Source: Tubulanus polymorphus (lineage: Eukaryota; Animalia; Nemertea). Taken from it: DNA of 64,000 nt. A program made the translations under genes and the position numbers. Location: the NCBI RefSeq assembly GCF_964204645.1, contig NC_134027.1, forward strand, positions 4,248,485-4,312,484, in the 5' to 3' direction. How positions within the stretch are numbered: position 1 is the first letter of the stretch; the number at the start of each line of letters is the position of its first letter. The notes under the pieces are model-generated. The model did no database searches. It saw only the letters and a program-made list of their open reading frames with translations, and was not told the DNA's origin. Shown here one piece after another: positions 28,201-40,200 of the stretch.

Positions 28201-31200
28201 GAAGTCACATGTTCCCTTACAAAGCATCGATTAAGAACGGAACGTTGACGCCGATAGTTTGCCGGAAAGCTTGCCGGGATTTAAACTTCAATTATGCAGG
28301 ATTGCAGGTTGATATCTAAATTCTAAAGGATTCGTCATTATTTGAAACGAGTATACCATGTCAGCAAATATATTCCAATATTGACAGGCTGGAAACGAAT
28401 GCTGGTGTGGAGCAGTGATAGGTAATCATGGTTATAGCACGATAGCATGCAACGTGTCTTGCGACGGAGACCCGAAACTTTTATGTGGTAACTTAAAGCG
28501 TAACTATGTTTATCGCCTCGATGGTAAGTAATACACGATGAATACAATTTCTATAAACATTTAAGTACCGATTCATCTACATGCATATATTTTTGTATTG
28601 TATGCGTACTGTATTGTCAAGGGTATGTTTAACTATTCATATTCACATCATTTATATAAAAAGAAACGGAACTAATGAAACCTTGATTTCAGGAGGTTAT
28701 TCATCATGGGAACCTGGTTTGATAAATAAATGGGACTCGGAACCGCTTTGTGCAGTACTTTCTCTACCGTCGTACAATTGGAATGATCGCCTTTGTCAAA
28801 CTGAATATCTATATATTTGTGATTTAACTGTAGCTTCTAGTAGTAAGTTTAATGTTGAATTCATTACATAATAAAATTTCATTTTGACTAATGGTCGCAT
28901 GAAATATGTATGCTGCCAAAATGGCTTTTCATTTACAGAATGTGTACATTCTGATGTTGGTAATTTTTGCCTTTTAATCAGCGAAGATAAGAAATCATGG
29001 TTCAAATCACGTGAGACTTGTCACTCGCTCGGAGGACGTTTATTGACCATTAAATCACAAAACAAACAGGAAATTATAGCAGAATTTCTGAAGTCTCGTC
29101 AGGTGACTGTAGGTCCATACTGGATTGGTGCTTCAAATTTCAACTGGACGACCTGGCATGGTTGGTTGAAATGCTTCTATGGTCTGATCTCTATATCAAC
29201 GATGACTCGATTAATATTTTTGAATTTCTCTAGGGACTCCAATTATCTATACAGGCGAATGGGCCAAGGGAACTTGGATTATGAGATATGGTGGAAAAGC
29301 TAGATATGTTCAGATGACAGTGGATTCACTGAATAAAACAATTTGGAAACTGGTGCCCTCCACAGAAGTATCGTATTATATATGCAAAAGAGGTAATAAT
29401 CAACGTGCGAATATCAACTGAATACTGTAATTGATGACAGGGTTTTTCTATAGAAAATTATCCATTGAATAAAAACTGAAAGTTAAGTTGTTTACAGAAA
29501 AAAATCCATCACTGACGTCACCACCTTCATCGGCATCAACTACAGTTGGGATTACAACTAATTCAACCGTTCAAACATCAAACGTCGTGACTACATCACC
29601 GCAATCATTAACCAGTATTACTGCAGTCTCAGAGAATCCTACAGTAAAATCATCGTCATCATCATCTTTTACAGCAAATACACGGAAAAGACCAACAACC
29701 TCAACGACCACATCGGCAACTGCTAGCAACCCGAAGCAAAACTATAGTTCCTGGGGAGTTACCTTAGGTCTTGGGATATCGTTAGGACTCATGATTATCA
29801 TATTTGTCGTAGCAGCAATAGCAGTGTTCATTTACAGGTATTTAGGTTAGATTTGATTTTGCCAAATATGAGTTTTCTTTTATACTTTTAAACTCCATTA
29901 CATAACTGTTGGGCTGTCATATGAATTTGGCAAATCATTATTGTCATTTGGTTTTTAGAGAACGGCTTTTACGGTTGAGACAAGGTGAAATGCGACGCCA
30001 ATCTGCAAACGAAGATTTCGTTGACTCAATTGAAACAACGTCATCAACATACCCACTAACCTGATTCACAAATTCGTAATTCTTAAGCAAGTAGTTAATA
30101 TATTCTTCAGAGTTCGTCCAAAATAAAACTTTAAAAACCTTGAAACTCTTTTTACACCAATTTAGTTTGAATTACCATATCCATCTACTTATGATGATAA
30201 TATTTCTATTCCAGAAATGTGTTTGAGAAAAGAGTTCGGCACGGGCTATAAGTAATATTGTGAAGTGCATCGTTTTCACGGATAGCCGTGAACTAATACG
30301 AGGTTCAGACAAACTGGATTTTGAGAAAATCAATGCCTTGGGTAATAACTGAATGTAACAAATATACTTAACTAAAGCTTTAAGAAGATTGCTGATGATG
30401 GCGCTCTTTAACGATTTCGTCTTTGATCGGCGACGATGTTTTGCCTTCAGACATCGCTAGCGAATCGTTGGAGAAGATGTGTAAATTTGGCTGACATAGT
30501 TGCCTTATCGTATAATGGAATATTGATCAGGAAGATTTAAAATTTGCCGTTGGATTCTGAATTGCGGGAGCTTGATGTTGCTTAAATTAGACATGGGACT
30601 CTTTCGGAGCGGTATAGTCAATCCTGATTTATGACTGATTGTTAGCTCGGTAACAAATAGAAGATAATTCTTAGCGCTGTATTGAAGTCTTGCGCGGCTG
30701 ATTTGATAAAGTAGTCGTTTAGGTGTACGGCAAGTATACAGCGTGTCATTGTCAATAAAAGAATATTGAAAACTCTAAGATTCCTTCTTATCTAACAAGT
30801 GGTGAATGGTCGGCCGCATTTGAGGCAATCTGTTATTCTACTGATGTTGGTTTTCAGCTTTTTCTCAAACCAATAGAAGCAGGATTAGAAGTTTTTTTTA
30901 AAGAAACTATGCTCCTGGGAAAACTAAAATTCCCAATGCGTTAGAATATTGTGAAGAGATTTTCAATTCATTTCCTTGGCAACCGTATAAAAAAAACACA
31001 ACGTCACCAAATGAACCAAACGAAAATGAGCTCAACTTACTGTTATCGTCATTTTGGAACATGAAACGAAATGAATCTTCAACGAGATACCTTTCGATTG
31101 TGACTACCCATCTTCAACAATCAATTCTGGCATCTATATCAAACGACTCAACCAACCCGACAACGACTTGACGTTGACGATCATTGCAATCTCAGCGTAT

Positions 31201-34200
31201 GAGATATACCTGGCGGGAAACCCGATACGTCACTATATGTTATCTTTCATTTATAGAGTTAACTTGAACGGGATTGGGTACTGACTCAGTACTCACTCAC
31301 CGTGCATCTTATCGTATTACACAATGTCACAAAAACAAAGGATTTGCCGTTCTTTTTATCAACCGGAGAGCTGTTTCCAGCACAGCACAAAGTGGCCGGG
31401 CAACATAAACCAAAAATGATATACGAACATCGATATCACCGTAGAGACTCTAATAGATTATATTAAGGCGGATAAATGCGGCTAGTGAAATCTCTAAATG
31501 AGGGGATTAAAGTTGTAACCGTACTTAGTACGCGACACTGAAGCACAGGAGAGAGACATTTATATGCTACAAATCTGCGTTGTCCCCCGAATGCTTTTAT
31601 AGACTTAAATTAATGCCTTGACGCAAATGAGAGTGGATGGTACACTCCCATAATACATCATCAGTCTTGAATTACACGATAAAAAAACCATAGAACCATA
31701 GATACCTGGTAGATTATCAGGTAATATACTTTGATTGTTTAGAGATATGTTTTAATAATGAACGCTTTCGTAAAATGTTATAATTTTGTCAATAACTATA
31801 GAAACCAACCGCGTAACACAATCCTGACACAAAACCTGGTTAGTGATCGTGTATTGGTAACAGTCTTGGTATTAGGTTTCCATTCAATTTTCCAACAAAC
31901 GTAAAACTTTCTCATTATCGTTTTTTTGTCACCTGAGAAATATTGTCAGTACATTTTACAACGATTCGAATAAATTAGATTTAGTATAGTTACTCTCCAA
32001 ACGGTCGACTGCCGTAGTAGAATATATAGAAAGACTATAACAATTTCTGACAACACCTTTGTTTACCTTTTTCTGCGAGTTTTTCTCGGAACTGATAGAA
32101 TTAAAAGAAAATCGTTTAAATTCATCTCGAAGGGATGAACGCCTCCCTAATAACCCCCTAAAATATGCTTTACATCAGTGGGTGTGCGTACATGTACATG
32201 TACACCCACTAATCGAGAAATTCAATACAGATATATTCCTAGTGTATTTCTTTGTTTTTGTACAATTCTAATAATAAAAAAAGTTCTTCTCGAGACACGC
32301 CGTGAAATTCGAATTGCCGTTTCAATTACTATGGTGGAATAGCGGTATATCATTGTTCGTCCTATCCGTTCTGAAAATAAGGAAGACGCCTCGAAAATCC
32401 AATCTCGCATCACTAAGCAGAATTTATCAAGTGGAAAATTAAATTGCAAACAAGAACAGAAATGTGGCGTTCAGTCAGAACAGAGACGACTCAACGGTTT
32501 ATCACCGTGTCGTAAGAATCCGTCTGAAATTGAAAGCGTCTGCTACAAAGACAATACGATTAGTTTTCAAAGAATATCAAACACAACCTCACAGAAGTAC
32601 CGCACTATACTGGTAACGCCTCATAATCTGCATGTGACTTGTATTCAGACGTGATGTTGTTTTTCAGTTTTCAGAAAAACTTTAATCATTCGAGTTGTTC
32701 GTTATTTTGTATGAATGACAGCATCGTCTGGGAATTGGATGATCCAGGGGGTTATGGGAATTCCGTTTCAACTACGTGTAACTCTAAAAAGATATTTTTC
32801 TTTTGATTAGAAACTGCCGTGCAAACAAATGAAAGCATTTTTGCCACTACTTTTCATCACCGTTGCAATTAGTATTTTGTATTTTGGCTTCTCTCTTATT
32901 CCGACATGTTGGCCACAACAGTTCTGATTTTCCGGTATACATGGTTATTAGAACGCCGAACAGTTATTACCGCTACACCCAGCAACAGTACGCCATTCAT
33001 ATCATTTACCTTGATGGCGGTATCGACAAATCGTCAAAAAAAGATGATGCTTTTCAAAATTCCATAATTGAAAATTCCTATTTTTAGATGCATATCAGAC
33101 TAGGGAAGGTTTAAGCCAGCGATGCCGTGTTCTTTAAATGAAAATGACACAAAACGTCAATAATACATTTACTTGGTTTGTTTGACATAAGAAGCGATAT
33201 ACCCGCAGGAGCACGAATGCTAGCAATATGATATAAACTCGGGATCGCTCGTTACAAGAAAGTGATGTGCAAGAAGAAGGTCTTTATTTTGTGGCGTCTC
33301 GCGCGATGGAATAGAAATCTCGAGTTTTCCAGCCCGAAGCAACGAAAGGGTCTGACGTTATGCGCAACGATGAAGTAAACCTTTGAATAAAAGTCGTCGC
33401 CTCCTGTAGAATTCAGTGACCGTTTCTGAGAGATGAGCTGTTAGTCTTAGTCAGCTGATCATTCTTACCTCGAGGAATCTAAGAAAATAACCAACAATTT
33501 CCAGCTACCAAGAAAATATTGATATTAAAATCCCAAGATTTCATGCACTTCGTTTTCAATTAAGACGAATAACTCGGCATCTTTTTCAGGTCTCAGGGGA
33601 CGCAGATTTTAAGCGGGTGGTTTTGTCAAGTAGAGATAAATAGTGAATGCAATTGATACGCTATTTATTTCGCGTTAGGGTGACATGTCTAGTAATACGG
33701 TAAATGATTTATCAGTTTTCGGTGGGCTATCCGACGTAATATACGTGTGGCGGTTTGCGCCGGTGAAGGTTTATCACCGAGTCATGCGGAGATCCTATAT
33801 CAATTCTGACATTTGCAAAATCCTGTGGATTAGACCCCGGAGGTGGCGCTTCCGATTTAGATAGAATCCTATGAGAACATACGATACGTGTCAGCTTCAA
33901 GTATCATCCTTGAGGACACCGAGCAATGGGACGACGTGTAAAAACGCATATAATATCAAATAAAGAGTATATTATTGCAGAAAAGGAATTATCTTTTTAT
34001 TTTCTGAGGAACGTTAATATCACGACGTATCTGAGTTGCAAAAAAGAAATTGCTCCAGTAGTTCTCATCAGAGGGAAAACAGATTATTATTCTTTATGTG
34101 TAACACGCTTCGATAACATAAACCAATAAGGCAGCGAATATATATGTATATACATATATTTTTGGCGATTTTTCATGATGGAACTTCAGATAATGATAAA

Positions 34201-37200
34201 GAGGTAATGAATTCATTGTCAGTATAATGAATAATATACTTTAGTAGACACAGCGTGTCTAAACGTGGCTTGTAACGACATATACGTGTAACTCGCAAAC
34301 CGCCAGTCCAAAGTGAGGGATATGATTTATAACCAAACGATTTATCAGATTTAGATGAACGATGAATTAACGGCGATGACGCCTCAAGGACACGCAGACA
34401 CGTAACCCCGCGTAAAAAATTTGCATCGATATACCAGCGACTTAGAGCTACAATATTTACACGTTTTGTGAGCTATACTTGAAATTTACGACGCTTTGAT
34501 TTAAATTGAATTCAACAGTAATAGTCCACGTCATAGTTTACGTCATCGATATTGATTTGTGACACAAAATATATACTTTGGTTAGGCGGCTTAAAATTGG
34601 ATCAGTAATAGTCGATTATTCGTGCAATACATATAATGTATATATACGTACGATAATTATATAGACGCACATTTGAAAAAAATATCCCTATAATGGCATA
34701 CGCCCAGGCCGATAGAAAACAACTACGTAACGACGTTGATAAGCAGCACGTCACGCATATTGGACGTGAAAGAACTGCTGGGTAAAACTTATCGATCGAC
34801 GAGTGTATTGTCTAGATCAGTACCGCGGGAGATCTGATTCACGATAATACCAACGTCAACCTGATCACAAATTCAAGAAAACTCAATCCATCATTCTTAG
34901 AATTTGAATTTAAAAGCAACGGATATTTATTTAAGAATTCTTTAATGATGATATCTGAGCGACGCGGTCGGGTTTCTGGTTGCGCGGTTTTATTGACGGT
35001 GAGAAAAATGTTCGCCAAGTGAAACAAAAATTCATGTATTTGGTAATCTTGGAAACAAGACGATGGTTGAACAAGAGCCATGAAAAACTTCAGTTGCACG
35101 AATAGGATTGTTCATTATTAAGTGACCACCTGCTTCTTGAAACGTTCACCCTTAACATGATTTGGGAAACGAATCCTCAGAAAGTAATTACTTTCGTACG
35201 ACCAAATAGCAATTATCGAACTCAATTTTCAGTTACATGCAGGGACCGGAACGCATCGACTCCATAGTGGATAAAGGTGCTACGGTATAGAAAAATACCA
35301 ACCATTCGTAGACAGTCCGTTGGTAACGACAACAACTCGTCAATCGAATACGTCGATAATATTGACTGGTAAACGGGTGATTTTGGCGGAATTCTCAATA
35401 GGAAAACATCCGTGAAATTTCTGCAGAGGAAGTGATCGATCAAGGAAGTAATCACTGTTGGAAATTCAACGGGTATTTGAAGTTTAAAGTAAATAGTGAA
35501 ACTATGAGACTCTAGCGCACAGCTTAATAGAATAAGCAGACAGTCGACAGATCAATCTCAGGATCTTAACGATGATGATAAATGGTAATTATTTGATTGT
35601 TATGAGTATTGGGATATCACTTATTCGGTAGGTTTTATTCTGGAGTACGACGCTGAAGATTTGAAGTGTAGAAATTAATGACTTGCAAGTATAAGTGAGG
35701 GTACTTACCTCGAATGAATTGAGTGTGCCGAAGTAGATCGGAACAAAGGCAAGCCATATGATACATGTGGTATACATCGTAAATCCTATAAACTTGGATT
35801 CATTGAAGTTCTCCGGAATTTTTCTGGTTTTCACAGCGTACACAGTACAAACAATGATTAATAACATTATATAAACTAAGGATATTAGGAAAGACATGTC
35901 ATCAATTTTACATTTCAGAATTACTTGGTCCCTTCGTCCGTTCGGGTTGTATTGACGCGTCCCCGGTGGTTCTAACACTAACCAAATACACGTTGATAAT
36001 ACTTGTATTGATATCAATATAGTACATATCACAAGTTGAGATTTGGGGCTTATAAATGCGGGCCGTTTGGCCGAGCGGCTGGCACTGTCAAATATTCTCG
36101 AGATGCGGTTTGTTTTAGTCAGTAACGACGCATACATCACGGCGAATCCAAACCCGACACCGAATCTCTGAATTGCGCAGATCGCCGTGGAAGGCTTTGC
36201 TAAAAGTATAAACGAAATAGTGTAACAAATTAAGCACCCTGATAGTAGCATGAAGCATAACTCACGCCCAGACGCTTTCACAATCGGGGTATCGATATTC
36301 CGAAAGAAATAAAACATCACTATTGACGTCATCAGGATCCCGATACACGATAGGACTGAAGGGACAATAGCAAATACACTATTCCACTTCATATATTGTT
36401 CTTGAAGAGAAAAACAAGTTTTTCGGTCCGAATGCGGCCATCGACCCGTCCCACAATCTTCGCAAGTGAATTCATCTCGAAGGAATTCCCATGGTTGACA
36501 TTTTGTGCAAACCCAGCAACAAGTATCTCCTTGTTGGACATTTTTGATTTCTCCATCACCACAAGGTTGGCTACACGCCGACTGCGGTATTCGCAATGTT
36601 CCTCCGGCCCAAATCATTTTGGATGTATTCAGTTGAAGACCGGCCGGGGTCCATTTACCGACACGTTTATACCAGTAACGACGGTTGCTGCGATTGCGTT
36701 GAAAATTCATGATGTGATAGCGACCAGCTGCGTCTCCTCGTTCATCAAATTGTACAACTCCCCCATAACCATCTGAAATTATACACCAATTATAATTACC
36801 ATTAACAGGAGCACTATATTCATTAGCAATATTTTGTTAATTCTACAATCTATCCATGAAATTATCTGAAAAATCAAAATTACTCTACACACACTTTGGA
36901 CATGGTTTTATTTAGTTGAACAACATTGCGAAATATATGACCTAAAAACAATCACTATAGAATACTTAGGAAATCCTTAATTACTGGACATGTTTGCTTA
37001 AGACATATAGAAATACCCTTCAAAAGAAGTTACGCAGGAAAATGAATCAAAGCTATACGAATATATCTTTCTTCGAGGGTTGCGGAGTATTTACTCGTTC
37101 GAGCAGCGATAAATAAATTAGTCCTTGTGAAGTTCACACAAAGTGTCGGATAAGCCAGTGGAGACAGTATCGAGAATTATTCAGTTATGCTTCATTAATC

Positions 37201-40200
37201 AAATAGATTATCCTAACACCATGTTGTTAGGTTTGTATATTGGATTAGGTACGTGTAGAATATTTTGGGATGCTCTCACAGATTTCTGAGTTTGGTAAAA
37301 TTGCTCAAAGCGTACACAACTGAGAATTGGTGGATATTCAGATTAGTGAGAAATGTACGAAAATTATATCTTTTTATGAGAAGAAGATATAAAAATATTC
37401 GATAAGATTAAACAAAAAAATAAGACGGATACAGATAAAGGGTTTCTTCCAGTAAGTTGAAACCATTTTGACGTATTTCATAAGTAAGGAGGTGTTCCTT
37501 ATACATGGAAAACGGTTTTTTCGATAGTGTCAATAACTAGAAATCATGAAATATACGACGCCTATGATATACGTATATTTGTAATTAACCACATTTTTCG
37601 TTGCCAAGAAATAGTTTTGTCAACAATATATTTTCTCATGCAATTAGTTAACATTATTTCCTCATGTTTTGGATGGCTAGATCTTGCGCCTGGGGCCGAA
37701 CTTAATTATTTGCATTCATTCCCCTCAATTCACCGAGGCGATACTATATATCCTATAGAGCGGCTTCGTCGTGTTTGAGTTAAATCGCCGAGTAAATAAA
37801 GATTACACGTAAAAATCCGATATTTCGTGCAATTCACGATCTCTTCATTCATTCATCCAAACACATGCCACATTTGACAAGTTGTAAACGCAGTACTTAT
37901 CAAGGGGGATTATCACCTGCGGGCATATTTATTTGATAGACAGCTGAGTACAGAAAGTTAAAGGTCGTTCACGGTAAAACGCGCTTGGATATTATCAACG
38001 AAGCGCAGGTGAACAATCCCACGTTCGCACCGCATAAGAAGGCGATCGTCGTTTCGCTCGACGCGTTTCCTACTACTCTTCAAAAACAAAGAAAATTCGG
38101 TGTCTCCGATGATGGAAGAACATCGAGTAAGAATATATGGGCTGATATGGGAATATATTCCCATTCGTCCGACTGGATGCGTAAACCGCGTGTCTATGAT
38201 ACAATATCTTTTTTATGCGTACCAGATTACGTGGCCAGTCTGATTAATCATGATATGATGATATGCGGCGAGCAAGAAATTACCTGAAAACGCTGTCTAA
38301 TAACTTCAGCGCGGCGTAGTACTAAGATGCTATGTTTAATTTTCCGAAACACGGAGATAGATTTGACGAATGATGATTATTTTACACCACAAAATGAAAT
38401 ACAGCTGATTATGAATCCTCCGTCATATTAGATATATCTCATCGTTTACTCGTGCTTGCTTCATAATATATTCATATCGAATTCACTGACGTATTGTCAT
38501 AGGAAGTTTGTTTGATCTTTTTTTACCGAAGTGGAAAACAATGTAAAATATAAACAAACAGATTAGTCCGTTCGTGATAAACTCTTGTTTAAGGAGAGCC
38601 GGATATATGTGAAAATATCGTTTGTGAAGCAGAAGAAAATGATCTATCAAATTCAAAAAGTGATCAATGTTTAGAAACTTAAGTCGTTGGATCTTATCTC
38701 GGTCTTTGATGTCCCGAGGAGTATGTATATCAATAACTATTATTGAAAGGAAGGATACGCCTACGCATGATTACTGACGATCAGATTAATTGTTAATCGA
38801 TACTTTGAAGTCTGGAAACTTTACGTTTTCTTATATGAACATACATTTCCACGCAAAAGAATTTTAAGGTTTCATTGAATTGGTGTGCCTGGTTGGTCCA
38901 GACGCCGAGTGGATTAAAGCGAGACTAGCATTAAATGCCATTAACGTCGATGAGGAATAATACGCAAGGAGCCTGTGACCGATCTAGCATAGGAAATTGT
39001 GCAATAACCCGTCAACGACACGTTCAGTTAACGGTATCCATCTCTAGCATCACTGTAACCACAAATTATACGAAATAAACGAATTCCTTTTTTAAAGTCG
39101 TCCATGCAATCGATGTTCAAAATGACGACGGCGAAGGTTACTTCAACGGTCGACGTGAAGAATGAGAATGAAGATTAGTCCTACAATGATGTGCCATTGA
39201 GAAAAAAACTCGCTGAAAGGATTCGGCTGTGCGTCGATGTCCAACGACAAGGGGCACATTTGAAAACATAGATAGAATGAGGCTTTAATACAGCCTTGGA
39301 TATAACGCATTATAAGGGTTATTCATAACGATGTCTCATTTCATCAAATGATGGTCATCGTCGCGCGATCGAAATATCATATATAACCAAATTAAGGCTT
39401 TCGTTGGAGCGAGGCTAATGAATTGAGAACGTAGTGACGTCATATAATGCCTTTACCCGTAGCTACATATAATAATCCATCAATCTAAATCCTGTATACG
39501 CCATAAGATCTACCAAAGCTTCCTATTAATAATTGCCTTCGTGTAAAAGCTATACGATACGCGACGGAAATTGGGCCCTGGGGTGTGAGCGCTTCATTTC
39601 GTGAAAATCATTTTCAAAAGCAACGACCCTCCGATTTTTTTCATATATCTGAAGAAACTTGTTGATTGTCACGCACTTTTAAACGATAAGAATGAAATCG
39701 GTGGCCAACCACTGTCTAATGCGCATCCGTTGGTTTTAACAAACGTTATATGATTATCACGGAACTATGGTTAACTGTGTTTATTTCAACTATGGCCTCG
39801 AAAACGAGTTCACTTCGTTTTATTAGAGTCCTCGTTTCAACAAGGCGCATTTAGATTTTGAAAGCGCTATCATCGATTTCACACATAGTTGGCGACATTT
39901 ATCGTAATTATCAAAATCATAAATCGGTCCATAGCGAAGATTTCTGGGTTTCTCGAGTACGATTGACGTCATACGGACGAGAATTTGTATCGTGAAATAT
40001 TGAAAAAAAACCAAAACAGTTTAGTTAAAGTAAAAAACCCTGGTATTTGACACTACAGCAATGTGATGTTGCATGATGTTCAAAAATTATTACGAACAGT
40101 GAAGTTGATCATTTGCGAGTCTTATGGCGACTTCGGCTCCGATTTTTGATAACGATCGACGTTACCTCATCATCTCTTTGATATAGACATCACTGACAAA

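Noticed and set aside
30232-30293. Small imperfect hairpin downstream of lectin gene B (AGTTC..ACGG.CTAT / ATAGCCGTGAACT)
   Set aside because: The stem is short and bulged, with no snoRNA or miRNA hallmarks; not distinguishable from chance.
36396-36776. 126-aa plus-strand ORF (likewise 56882..57154 and 57543..57728)
   Set aside because: Antisense shadows of mGluR coding exons.
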